In this document: positions 50,681 to 64,000 of the stretch, piece by piece
Position numbering within the stretch: the stretch's first letter is position 1
Layout of the letters: each line of letters opens with the position of its first letter
Origin: Lama glama
Taxonomy: Eukaryota
Assembly (NCBI GenBank): GCA_028534125.1
Contig: CM052816.1
Coordinates: 43,216,001 to 43,280,000, forward strand
Direction: 5' to 3'
Length of the DNA stretch: 64,000 nucleotides
Made by a program: the position numbers and the translations under genes
The notes under the pieces: model-generated
The model's input: the letters and a program-made list of their open reading frames with translations, nothing else
What the model was told of the DNA's origin: nothing
The model's database searches: none

Positions 50681-52019
50681 GGCATCCATGTATTTCATTA
50701 CAATGGTTTTAGCGAAGTTTTCATGTAGTTCCTGGCATTATTGTCTTGCCTTAAGTCCCATCCCACAATTATACACAAATTCTATTTATTTTCCTTTAGT
50801 GCCTTTATGACTTTTTAAGCCTTTAGATTATAACATTTAGAGAATTGTCTAAGATGACAGTACATTAGCTGAGCAGTGCTGAGGACCCAGTTATGGTTGA
50901 TGGTGATTTGTTTATAGGGGCAACAACCTGTTATCCAGGGAAGCCAGTCAGCTGGGTTCATCCAACCGTGGGATTTTCTAGGCAAGTGCGCTTAGTGGAC
51001 AAGGAGGCGAGGCCGTTTAGGAAAACATTGAAATTCTGGGCCATGGGCTTAATAAGCAGTTAAGGAGGGAAGTGAAAACAGCAAAAGTCTAGTAGGGAAA
51101 AAGGAGAGTGAATGGACTAAAAGCTTTATATGATTTTTTTAAGGTTGGAAAATGTGATTATTTGAGTAAGATTGTTAATAGGATAGGAGGTTATAGTCAA
51201 ATTGGTGGAGTGTCTAAATTTATTATTTCAGAAGAGTGATGCAGGGACCAGAGGTAAACATCAAGAATGGGGAGCGGAGTGGAGTGGAGGAGGAGGTCAC
51301 TGAAGACCAAGAAATGGAGAAGTCAGAGCACTGAATAGATTATCTATGTGGAAATTAGAGTCTCCTAAGATTACAGTTGGTCTTGAGTGAAGAGAAACAT
51401 CCTTTGAACATCTGAGTCTTCTCTCACCAACACCTTTGGCAGCCTTCATTTTTCATTAAGAGACTCTTCCCCAGTGGCTAAAGAATAAGTCAGAGTTTAT
51501 TAGAAATCAGTAGCAAGAGCAGAATCAGAACTATCCACCCTTCTTGCTTCCGGTGAGGCATTCGTGTTGGGGTCAGGGTGGGTGCCTATGTGTCAAAGAA
51601 ACTGATAATGTATATAAAGCACTTAATTAACTCAGTGCCTAACACATATTGGTAGTCAATTCATTATAGCAATTATAATATTTGAGGGAGATGAGTTATA
51701 TATGTTCTTAAACTGATGTTTGTTTAGTAGTCCTTTCAAATTTAAGGTTTGGAATTTCAGCAACCCAGGTCCAGTCTGTATAAAAATGATCAGGCAGCTA
51801 CAACTTAAGCTTGCTTCTGGAATCTCCAAGAGGGTTGGAAATGCATCTGAGAAACAATTAGAGCCCCATATTCAAGCCTAGGGAAAGTAAAAATAGGTAA
51901 AGAAGGAAAGAAGAAACTAGAAGAAAGTTCTTAGATTTTAGATAGAACAAATCCGGGTTAGTTTTCTGTCCTCTACCTTGACACATTTTTCTCATTTGAC
52001 TCTGAGCCACACACTCCAA

Positions 52020-52120
52020 GAGATCAGAAGTAAAGCCTGGGTGTGGCCCAGGAATGTGCATTTTCAACAGGTACCCCTAGTTTAGTCTGCACTGTGCAAG
52101 CGAACCTTCGAGAATCACTA
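52020..52120. mobile_element. MER5-like hAT DNA transposon fragment
   Basis: gggtgtggcccaggaatgtgcattttcaacaggtacccc...gagaatcacta. Confidence 0.65.
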
Positions 52121-53162
52121 ATTTCAGCTTTTAGGACCTGCAGTTCTTTTTTCAGTACATTCGTGGGAGATGGTGTGATGCAGAGGACCAGGGTTTATGG
52201 ATATTTAATGAGTTTTCTGCAGTTTATTTTCATTTTGGAAACTACAGTGGAAACAAAATAATTGCCCAAAGAATGTGCACAAGTAAAAAGAGGAATTTAA
52301 GATTAACTCTTGTCTGTCTTCATTCCTTCTTTTCTTCACCCAGTTAAAATGATTATTCACTATTCATTTTGTTTTAATAAAAAATGATTAACTCTTTGCT
52401 GCTGAAGTTCATGTTCATTTTTTATAAATTAAAAGGAACTAATATAAACCTTTAATATAACAATGCTACTCTAATCTGAGAGCATCTTTCCATAGTAAAG
52501 TTCAAAATAAATTAGGAAACTTACCAGTATTATTTAATAGAGAACATTTCTGATGAAAAATATTATGAATATAAGATCTAAAATAATCCTTTCAAAGCAA
52601 TACAACCTGAGACTGACTTTTGTTGTCCACTCCCAGTGAGGCAGTTCACAGAAATATAACTCTTTAGTTGCTATTTACATAACTTTTTACTGCAGTTTTA
52701 AGTTAGAAAGTGTAGAAGTAATGATTCTCACTATGACACTTCAATGTATAGCAACATTGCAAGAAATATAAGTACTGCAAACTGGATTTGTTAAGATAAT
52801 ATAGTTAAATATTATGAGAATTCTAACACTTACCCATTCTATAACGTCTCTTCATTTGTTTTCAGATTTTACCTTATGTGACTTGGTTGCCAAATATGAT
52901 TTTTTTTCTTGTTAGTAGAAATGATGCAAACCTCTGCGCTAGGCAGTACCACAAGTTCAAAAAGGAAATAGAAAGAACACCTGTTGCCCAAGAACTAGAG
53001 AGTAATCAGGACTTTGTAGCTAGATCGCCAAATAGCAGGTCAGATAAGAGTAATTCAGTCACACTAGTTTTTGAGTCTTTTTTAAAAATTGCTGTTTGTC
53101 TAAATCTTGGCTAGAAGTCTACTGAGGGTAATCAGACCTATTTGTATGCAGATACAGATGCA

Positions 53163-53645
53163 CTTCATTGATTCATTTCTTCACTTAACAAATATTTACA
53201 GAGCATATGCTATGTGCTTGGAACAGGAGGTAAGTGGCAAATGAGACAAATGGAGAAGATAACGATGCTGTTGCTGATGATATAGCGGCCAGCACATACT
53301 TCCCTGTGCGCAAGTATTTTTGTGGATGAGTCCCCACAATCACTGTACGAGGCAGATCCTATTTCTGTTCTGCTCCATTTAGCAGATGAGGAAACAGGTC
53401 TGAAGAGGTCTCGCAGCTGTGGTATGGTGCAACCAGAATTCAGAGACTACAACTCTGAATCCAGAGGGCCACATTTATAATTAATGAAACTATCAAGTAT
53501 GTTCCTTCTCCTCATGGAGCATATATTCTAGCAATTCATTTATTTAACAAGTATTTATTGAGTATCCATGATGTGCGCGGTACAGTCCTAGACCCTGGGG
53601 TACAGCGGTAAAGAGACCAACAGGGTCATTGCTGTCATGGCTCGT
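53163..53645 (-). mobile_element. L2 - MIR - L2 cluster
   Basis: Two antisense L2 tails (ttcacttaacaaatatttacagagc; ttcatttatttaacaagtatttattgagt) flank an antisense MIR (ccatttagcagatgaggaaacagg). Confidence 0.75.
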
Positions 53646-54116
53646 ACCTTCCGCCTCCTCTATGAAGGGTTAAAAAAGAGAAGAAAGTATACACACACAA
53701 ACTCAAGTAATGGACATAGTTAATCACATTTATAAGAACTGCCAAACTATTGAATATAATACAATGCGTAAAAGAGAAATACTCCGTATTCAGATATTCA
53801 GGAAGGGCAGTGTTATTTCTGTACTTTAAAAGGAGTTCATTTTCATCTGTGGTTAAAAATGGATATTTTACTTTTAAAAAACTTTTTTTGCTTATTCAAA
53901 ACTTTTTCAGAAGCTGTTTTTTTCGGTTGCTAAAAGATGAAATTTTTTATATCTAAAAATTAGAACTTTTCTTTCGCTAAGAGCTTGTGTCACTTGAAGT
54001 TAAATATTATCCAAATTTCAGAATAATTTACAATTGCAGTGCCAGTATTACTGAGCAACACTCATTTTTTTAATGGGCAAGACCAAATCAATTGTGAAGA
54101 ATGTTAAAAAAAAAAT

Positions 54117-54148
54117 AAGTTACACTACAGTCTAAAGTTACACTACAG
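54117..54148. repeat. Short direct duplication aagttacactacag x2 (period 18)
   Basis: Copies at 54117-54130 and 54135-54148. Confidence 0.85.
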
Positions 54149-57100
54149 AGACTGTTAAGTATTTGGCAGTTTCATCAAATCAATTTATTAATTATAACAG
54201 ATGACATTTTAAAGTATTTGTTTAATACTTACAAATAAGAAGGATCACCCTCCGTATTGAAAATTTCTTCATTGGAGTGGAAATCTCTTTTGGAACTAAA
54301 ACTATTCTTTTATGTGTAATAAATTAAAGCTCTTCAAGAATATTTAAATTAAGAAAACATTGAATAGGAGAGTTTCAATTTTAAATAAATATTTCAATTG
54401 TATTATACATTTAGGATATGGCAACAGTCAAGGTTGAGAACTCTTGCCTGAGCCGTCACCATTTGATGTTTGGGAAATTTGGTTGATGTATTTCTAAACC
54501 ATTATGTATTTAGTTTGTAAATGAACATTTCGGCTCCTGATTTAGGTCCTTCTCTTTTCTCTGATTTTTACTTTCTCACTAATAGTCTCACCATTCCCAT
54601 CCTTTGGAATGATGTTAGGTATAAGAGAACGTGCTAAATTCTGGCAGGCAAAAGCCCATGCCTGGCCTCAGTGAGCTTACACAGTGTAGCCAAAAGAGGT
54701 TTAAATTTACACATAAAGGAGAAATGCAAATAAAAAGAGAAGATCTTAACAATTTGGGGAAAAGTGTTTAGATAACGAGGTCAGAGGTTGCATACTCTGT
54801 TCATTTATTGAGAAGACAGAGTCTGAACTGATTTTATCAGAGAAGTCATCAGTAGTGTGATGGAAAGGTGGAAGCTAGCTCAACAGAGAAAAGTAGTGGG
54901 AGCCCAGACAGGAAGAGCTTGGTAATTTCAGTGACAGTTTGGCTGGAGTCTGTTTAAGGAAATTGTGAGAGAGAAAGTTGAAGAGAAATGTGCCAGCAGT
55001 GACTAGAGAATCTAAAGAGGAGGAACTTCGGTTTACAGGCCGCAAAGAATCACTGGAAGTTTTTGAACAGGGAAATACGATGACAGCAACATTATATGAG
55101 GATTAACTAGCCAGCCCGTGTGTAGGTTATGTTGATGGAGACCAGTTGAGAGAATACTGGGGTTCGAGTTACCCAAACTTAGGCTCCTTAGAAAACTAAT
55201 CCTGAGGTAGAAAGATAGTAATGGAAGGTCCTTTGGGGGAGTTTTTTTCTTAATGAAAAAAAGGGAAACACTGCATATTAAAATTTCCTCTTGGAGTTAC
55301 AATGAATATTAAAACGTTAAAGGCCTATACCAAAGAAACGCAAAATTTCACAAACTTATTTGCACATAAAAGGCTTTGTTCATTGCATATTCATAAACAT
55401 ATTTCTGTATTCCATTGAAATCACTTTCAATATTTAGAAACTTTGGTCTTATCAATTACTTATCAAAAAGTCCATCAAAGAAATTAGAATAGAGGGGAAA
55501 GTGAAATTCAGATTTTTTTAGAAAGGGGCTTAGACTTTATGTAGTTCAGACCCTGTCTTAATCTTGCTGATCAGAAACTAAACGGCACCCTGGACTTCAA
55601 AGACGTTCTAGTCAAATTAATGATACCTCTAATGATATTCCTTTACCAGTTCTCTCTCCTTCACTAAACCATAAAATGGGATTAACCCATGTCATGTCAG
55701 CTTTGTAATCTCTACATCTGGCTCAAGTAGGTGGTGGAAACATATTTGTTGAGTTGAAAGTAATGAAAAAACTATAGAGTTTGTGACTTGCCCGTAGTCA
55801 CACTGATTACATTGAAAATAAATGAATTCCAAGAATTATGTATAAAATTTTAGCCATGAGAGAGTGGTGAAGAAACTTGGAGACAAGAGACCTGACATAT
55901 TCTAGACATAAGTCTAAAACTAACTTGCAATGGGATCTTGGTCAAGTCACTTAGCCTCTCTTGGCTTCTATTTTCTCATCCAAGTTCCAGCTCCAAAATA
56001 CTGGGAGATCTACATGTTTTATTACTGTAAATAATCAAATATTAACTGGATGTTGTGATCTCTTTTACATTGGAGATATATCTTACAGGGGACCACGTTT
56101 AAATGTGAAGACTTTTAAAGTCAAGTCTTTTGCTGCTTTATATCTGTACTTCTATAATGTTACTGAACTTCACAACTTTTCTATTTTCTTATTTTCCGCT
56201 TCTTTCCAGGTTTATCAAAGATGATGGAATCTTTAAAAGCATACCAATGTGTGTGCTTATGTAATATTAGGACTGAAAATTCTAAATCTTAAAATGTGAA
56301 AGCTCCAGTTGTCAGAAGATCATAAAGTCTTTACTTTTAAGGACTGTTAAAAATCACCTTCTGTGAGATCTCAGCTTTGGGATTTTTCTGACATTTCAAG
56401 ACTTAAATTTGAAAGTGTAGAATCTCTATAAATACAGCATTACCACAAGCCCAAAAAAGTCAAGAAATGCAAAAGGTTAGATTCTTACTAACTCCTCTCC
56501 CACATTATGCTCTAAATTGAGTTATGCATCTTAGAGTTAAATACGTAATCAGGAATTCTTGATGTGAAATACAGTTTAAATTACAACATATTAAGCTTTT
56601 TCTTTGAATTTTGGGCAATAAAATTGTGCATGTAAATCATGCAATATCACATTTTTTGTATGTGCCCTTAAGGCTTTTTTATGTTTTCTTCACATAGTCC
56701 CCTCATTTACAACTTTATCTTGCTGTGGACTAACCATATGGGAAATCCACTATTTTAAACTTAAGCTATTTTTGTGGTGTTACTGCATAAGAAAATGCCT
56801 TTAAAGTAGAAAAATTATATGTATATATTTTTTACCAGATTATATAAATAAAAATTAATTTTTTTCTAGTGGTCATTTCTTGGTTCAATTCAAAGTATGT
56901 GATTTTCAATCCCTAATTATCTCTAGAAAGTCTTCATTGCCATGGCCAAGTGAAAATGGAAGATAATAAAGAAGTGCCATGAGACCTGGCCATTTTCAAC
57001 ATGTTGAAGATTTAAAATTATGTGTAATTTACATGAGACATATAAATGAAAGGATAGACTTCAGCAGGATTTTTTTTTTTTTTGCTTTAAAAATAGGGTA

Positions 57101-60100
57101 TTTCTCTCCTGCAGCAGCATCTCACATCTCATACATATGTGCATATTTAGTTTTCTGTGTGGCATTCGGTCCCAAGAACACTAATTATAATTTTAAATTA
57201 TCAATAAGATACAGGCTTAAAGTACAGTAGATGTTAAATTTCATATCTCTTGTAAGATTTCCTATCTAAAAGCAACTATGTTTTGCCTTTATTTTCATTT
57301 TTTAAAAATTCTTGTGAACTCTATAGTCACATACTTTTCCTTTTAAAAGTTAAAAATGCTCATTGAATTTGTAGTGTGCAAATAGGTAGACTTTTTTTTT
57401 CATGTCTAAGAAAGATATCACTGATGTAATCATCAGTACATCAGGGGACAAGTGAAAAACTAACACATAGCCCTCAGTTCACATTGACCCACCTACAGGT
57501 ATTTCCCTGAGGCCCCTCTTGGAAGTACTCACAAAATGATTTGCCACCAATTTGTTGGTATGCCTGCTTCTATTGTTTACCAAAAAGCTTTGGTTACACT
57601 GCGTTTAGGTTTTTGCTTGTTTGTCTGTTGTCTTTGAAATAGTTTCTCTGCCCACCTTGATTATGGTTGCCACTGCAAAAGTTTACCACACCGTAGTTCC
57701 CCAGGAATTCTGCAGTTGTCCTCTTAAAAATCTCCACCCTGACATTTATATTTTTGTCCTATGGGAAGGCTAACTATATTCTGTAATTTCAATGTCTTTT
57801 ATATACAGTACAACACAGGCAATCATGATGAAACTTCTCAGAAACGAGAATGTAATTTCTAGAGCAGGTTGGGAACCATATACAAATGTAACACTTGTCT
57901 ATAGAGTATCATTGTCTGGGGTTTGGTGCCGTATTAGAACCATCTACATCAGCCAGCTTCCCAAAGAATATTCTGCTCTTTTTGCATAATGGGATTATTT
58001 CTGGAAATAACTCTCTTGGCCCAAGATGTGCCACCCTCTCAAATCATATTTGGGTCCTTTAAGCGTTTTCAGTGCACTCTGCAGTCATTTTCATTCATTA
58101 TCCACTCAGTTGTTCCATCATCACTCTCTGATGTACACAGACATTTGGCTACACAGTGGTTAAGAAGTAGAGGTAGGACTGAAAACCCTGGGGCAGGGAG
58201 CAAGGCCCAGTTGGGTCTCTCCTTGGCTACATTCCATTTTGAACAGCTCATTGTTTCTCTTTGATGTGGGGGGCATAATTGCTTATCTCTAAACATAAGG
58301 CTCAATTGGTGGGGCTTGTGTGGGGAGAGCCATTTGCACTTTCCTGAATTACAAGACTAAGTAAGCATCATTAATAGTTTGTTTTCCATAGAGAACCGTG
58401 CTGTAAGTGTGGAATAAAAAATGTTATTTTTGACCACACAGTTTTGCCCAGGCTAGTCTCTGATTTATGTCATGACCTCAGCATCTCCTCTCGTGCCCGC
58501 CTGGCCACAAAGCTTGATTATTTTGTAATTTGATCTTAGTGGGGATTCCAGCCGTGCTTCCGTGCTCGTGGGCAGCAGAATGTGGCAGCAAGCCTGCTCA
58601 CTTGCCTGAGCTGTGATCAGATTATGCCTGCTCAGCATTTCTTACATTGGCTGCCTCCCCTGAAGTTCAGAGAAGCTTGAAGTCAGCCCACTTGAGTTTC
58701 ACAGCCCTTAGCAGAGACAGAATAGAAACTACTCGAGTGCTCGTGGAATCTCAGCCTCACGTGTGTCTACTGTTAAAAGAGAGTCAGAAAGTCACTCCAC
58801 ACTGAGTATCTCTATCGGCAAATTTTGTTTAAGTGAACTTTTTTCATCATGCAATTTCCGGGGACCATTTTTCCAACGTTAATGTTATTTTTAGAGCTAT
58901 CAGTTGGGTTTTAACTTTCAGCTTTTTACACATTTCCATAACATGGGAAGGATCTTCAGAAAAGACAGGAAAATTCTAATTTTTGTTATTTGTTGTTAAT
59001 AGCACATCATTACAAGACATCATAATTAGCAAAGCTCTCTTCTCTCTGTATTATTCTGGCAGCCAAGTATTTATAGAATGATGATATTTGTCAACATCTA
59101 TATGAGATAGCATGACTGCATCCTGCCGAGGTTACAGAAGGAGAACACAGTGCCCAACCTGGCACAGTGACATGACATGGAAAATTCAGAACCCATACTG
59201 CTTCCATTTCCTTCATCCAAAATAGTAATTGGGCACCACGGATGTGGAGGCCTTCCGTGAGGCTCCGGAGATACAGTGCTAAGATAGATATGGGTCCCTG
59301 CCCTGCTGAGTTTACAACTCAGTCTTGAAAAGAGAAGCTTTTATATAGTAGATGCATTTAGAAGCTTTTAAAAATTACACCGTAAAATGTATTACTCCAG
59401 ATTTTGTAAAATGTGAACAGAAAGCGAGCAGTGGAAAGGACTTTGGAGCTAATTTTACAGAACCTCCTTCCTCATACAATGCAAAAGCCCCTCTGTGGTG
59501 TTTGTTCATAGGAGTGAACAAAATATGCAGTGCATGTTTCGTTGTTCACAAATGAAGAAATCATGATTATTGGTTAAGATATAATCTAAACTCCAGCCAA
59601 AGCTCGATTAAAACAGTTTTGTTTTCTGACATTATCATTCATACGTTCAGTGGACCAGCAAGAAAGCTTGGAAAATGAAGCATAAACAATGTGGTGCCAG
59701 TTTGCTTTAAAATCCCTAATATATGTTTTGTCAACAAAGCTTATAAAACTTAGTACTTTACTAATTAAATAACAAGAAAGATTTTATGAATACATGAAAA
59801 GCCAGAATTTAAAATGCCTTCGGGGGAACAGGTGCTGTAATGACATCACTGTGTGTCACACAGATTTTTTTTTCCTTGATACTTACATTTGGTCATAATG
59901 GAAAGAAATTGATTCCAAATGTGTTTTCTTGACCTCCTTCTCCATTCATGTTAGTGCCTAACCTTAAATGATGTTTCTACAATCTCGGTTGTATTTACAG
60001 TAATTATATGCATAATGTAGCATATTATTGTCCGGACTTCCTGTTTAATCAGTACAGAGCTTCTTACAAGTGCAGCTGAAAAGGGCAAACAAAATTAAAG

Positions 60101-63100
60101 CTTTATATACCAAAACAAGTTTGATTTGCTAAGCTCCCAGCATTCCAAAGTACACAAATTTGTTCCACTAAGTTTTCCGATGGCTTGCAGATGGGCAATG
60201 ATTAATCAGAGAGCTAACTGTGAAGTAGTTTGCAATTAAACTGGAAAGCTCTGAAGCATGCTAATTGAATCAGAAAATTAGAGACACTGAACAGTAATTG
60301 GCTATTTCTCATGCAGCAGGTGCCAGGCCACTCATCTGTGGAACAAGGTATTTAAGGCACATTAGCACTAGTAAAAATACTTCTTGATATGGAACAGTTA
60401 GATTTTCTGCTCATTTTCACCACGGATGTCAAAACATACAGCTGTGCTATCTGGTACTTGCAATTCATGTTTGAAGAATTTAAGTTAGGTAAACATATGG
60501 GAGAGAAATGCCGGGCAACCTCTGAGTGCACAGGAAACATTTTAAGAAGTGAAACCGAAAATGAGGGGCTGAGGTTTTGTTTTTTCAACTCAATCACTTT
60601 TGCTTGCTTATCGTACAGATTTAGAAGCTGAATTTTCTGTTTAGTGTTAGTTTAAAGCAACAACAGTATAAATCTCACACTGCTGTGAGCTTAGTAGATA
60701 CATAAAGCCGATTCATATCATGTCTCAGCATGAGTTTATCTCTTCTAATTAGTACCACCATTTTATAGAGTGAGCACATGCTATGAAAGTTTGTTTGCCA
60801 TGCCAACAGGGACCAGGACAAGCAGTTTTTCTTTAGTGGAACGATCTGCCGTAGGATCGTGAACAACTGTAACCTAACCAGTGGGTAACCAGGCAAGAAT
60901 GGGGTTTAATAATTTCAATTGTAGATATGTTTTTAATAATAAGCATTTTCGTATTACCAGGGGTGGGGCAGATGACTTCTGTTTCCCATTGCTTTAATTA
61001 GAGTTCAGTGTTGTTATTAGAAAGTGAAAAGTACAAAAGAAAATTAAAATATACTAAATTCTACCATGTCGGGAAGCAGAATATTACAATATTCACATGC
61101 TAATCTTATTACTTAGCAGATGACTGCAGAAAATAGTGAGTTTGAACCAAGAGACATAAATTATAAATTATAAAGTGTAAATAGTACATGGGGGATATGT
61201 TATAACTGTGTCTCATTTAAATTGAGGCAGGGAGTTTGCTCTGCACAAATAATGTTCCTTCATTAAGTTGTAAAGTCTCTTTTATAATGTTTTATTAAGA
61301 ACACTTGGCAACATGTTACCAAAAAAGGCTTTAAGTGGAACACAGGTTTTTAAACGTACAGCACACTGCAAACATATACTTTATGTCTCCAAGCTACAGA
61401 TCTTTTTTTAAGTTAAAGCAAATGCTCCTTTTTGGTTGGCCCCCTTCCCCACCCCCAATAAGCCATGTACCTTTGGCATTCTTTAGCTTGAAAGCAGTTC
61501 TGAAACATTTACATGATCAATGTCTTTTGCTTGAGGGATAAAGTTTGCTCTTCCATGGACAAGTGAGAACATATTGATCATTTTATTCTATTTGCTATTT
61601 CTAAATTCAATATACCTCTTGAGTCGATAAGCGAGATCGAGAGCATATTCTTTTTTTGTGTGTGCCTGGTTGTAGCTTGTTCTCAAGATCCAAGATACAT
61701 TTTTGATTAATCACGAATGCTCTGAGGTCATGGAGAGCAAATGTGTTTGTGGAGTGTCAGCTGATGCTGTCAGATAAATGTCTTAAGCTTAGCCAGGGTT
61801 CATGCCCCAGCTTTAGGCTGTGCCAAATGTCTCCCCTTGTTGAGGAAGATAACAGCCACACTGGAGGCGACTGAGCTGTTTGTTCACTGAAAGGGCTGAC
61901 CTTGCCATATGGGGCTACAATCAGGTGAAAGAAAGAGTGTAGATGTTTTAATTGAAACTTTACAAATTTAAACTTTTCATTTGATTCAGACAATCTTGGT
62001 ATCCACTAATTTACATTCTAGACCTTCTATCTGGTCTGATTATAACCACATTTCCTCAGTGTTTCTGATTAGCCTCCTTGGGATGAATAATTTCTCCAAT
62101 GTTGTTCTTGGTGTATTCTGAGAGTATTTTGGCACCAGCAGTGTGTTATTAAAATACTGCAAAAGCATGAAAATGCTTATTGGGATAAAAGAGATCTGTC
62201 TCTCTTTGGATATATGTAGTAGAAATTATTTGTGCTCTGTAGTTTGTTTTGTTTTGTGTTTTTTTTTTCCAAATCCACAAAATAAAAATATGATCTGGGC
62301 AAAGAAAGGTCACCTGTGTTAATGACCCTTGTCCATGTACCCTCTTATCTTTAGAGGACTCATTTAATCACATTTACCCCCACTTACAGTAATTTGTCTT
62401 CTTTTACTAGACAGAGTCTATAAATAGGAAATAATGACAAACCTAAGCTAACACCTGGAGAGTGCTTTGCTCTGTTCCAAGGTTTTCTCTGTTTGAGACT
62501 AAAGGCAATTGGATTGATCATACGGTGATGCATCAATAAGTGAACTTTCTGAGCCGTTTGTGGGCATTTGCCACAAAATACTTGGTAAAAAATAAATAAA
62601 TAAGTGCCTTCCACCTGATCCCAGTTTATTCTTTTCTCTAAAGAAGCTGGTCTACTTTTCTTTCCTCGCAGTAAGTTCATACTGCCATGGGTAACTCATC
62701 AGTGCTAATTAGACAAAATAATGCTGTTAAAAAAAAAAGAAAGGGAGAAATAACACATCTATCATGAACTCCCACCAGAACTCTTGGAAATGAGACATTT
62801 TAAATATTTTATGGTGAACACAAAATATCTTGAGGAAATGGCTTTATATTCAGTATCCAAAAACAAAATATCAGTGTCAGAGAGCAGTGCCGCTTAAAAA
62901 CAATCCATTTTAAATTATTGTATTTAAAATACCCTCACACTTGAAATGTCAGTTCTACTGGCTATATATAAAAATCCAGACTATAAAGTAGAAAAACTTA
63001 ATGGAACTAGAAGAAAATGAAAGATATTCTTTTAATTTTGAAAACCTTGCCTTTATCAAGTGATAGAAAAATGTTACACTTCAGTATCTGGAGACAGCTA

Positions 63101-64000
63101 TTTTTCGTATGTATTTGTATTACTGAATAAAATGAAGTTTGGTTTGGTTTGCTTTCTGCTGTGGCTAAAATGACAAAGAGACCATGTAGAAATGAAGGAG
63201 ACTGAGGTAATGTACATAGTCACACATTAAGCTTCTTGTAGTGTGACTAAAAGAGTCAAATCAGATTGTGATTTTCTGTAGGTTTATATTGAAGATTAGT
63301 AATAGCTAATGCCCAACGTCATACACGCAAATTATAGTTTACTTGTAAATAAGGAGATTTTTAAATTCTCTTCTTCAAAGTTAAGCCCAGTTTAATCCTA
63401 GACTAAATTTTGTGGTTATTATTGTGTGAAGTATTCCTGAGCCATCATCCTTGTTTTTTCTTCTTTTCCTTATTATCTTGAGAAATGTTTTATACGCACT
63501 AGAATATCAATGATGCATAACCACATTTTTGTCACACCTTTTGCCAAAACTGCTGTGCAAACGTGGTTAACCCTTTAGTTCATATTGTTCTGAGTTCCAT
63601 CATTTAAAAAAACTGAATGTTGTCATGCCCAGTGCAGATCTGGAAAATAGCTTGGAACCATTAGATTTTTCGTATGCATGTTTGTAATTTAGAACCAATA
63701 GTTAATAATGCCATAATGAAATACTTCCTTAAGATTCAGAGATTATTTTCAACAGGACTTAGACCCACCTGTGCAAGAGAATAATAAAATAAACTGAGCT
63801 TCAGCAAGCCTCACTCAGCTCTTCCTCAAAGTGACTGTCTCCTTGGTCAATGTTTATTACTGTGCCTGCATACTTACCATTTCTATTCTATCCACTGAAA
63901 TAAATAAGATTTAGTACATCTGTAACATTTCTGCTTTTTTCACACTGCCTTCTCCTTGACCCTTTTCCAAACTAGTTCTTTTCTTTCTTCCCTTTTAGAG

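Noticed and set aside
1..64000. FAM172A/ARB2A coding exons, CRISPR arrays, prokaryote-type systems, and the many 60-130 aa ORFs
   Set aside because: No exon matching my recollection of FAM172A, no repeat-spacer array, and the short ORFs fall in repeats or low-complexity AT-rich DNA without homology.

Overview
AT-rich, non-coding-dominated eutherian mammal DNA, most likely a camelid, because it carries a tRNA-Ala-derived Vic-1-type SINE at ~49.1-49.2 kb. The only supportable protein-coding gene is the intronless POU5F2 (SPRM1), an OCT4/POU5F1 retrogene at 6043-7056 (+). From recalled human synteny, POU5F2 lies in a large intron of FAM172A/ARB2A next to NR2F1; no host-gene exon could be identified here. 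The rest is ancient and recent interspersed repeats (L1, L2, L3/CR1, MIR, MaLR LTRs, hAT relics) plus several repeat-free, motif-dense stretches that look like conserved enhancers. Most notable observations: (1) the retrogene appears to carry the parental OCT4 proximal promoter, with the GC box kept and the nuclear-receptor element mutated; (2) the CDS has two apparent snap-back (inverted, templated) insertions, one of which frameshifts away the ancestral C-terminus; (3) the homeodomain has Arg5->Gln; (4) a five-piece scrambled L1 mosaic sits at 9.7-10.7 kb. I found no evidence for a wholly new multi-gene system. All comparisons to OCT4, human POU5F2 and repeat consensuses are from memory and need alignment to confirm.
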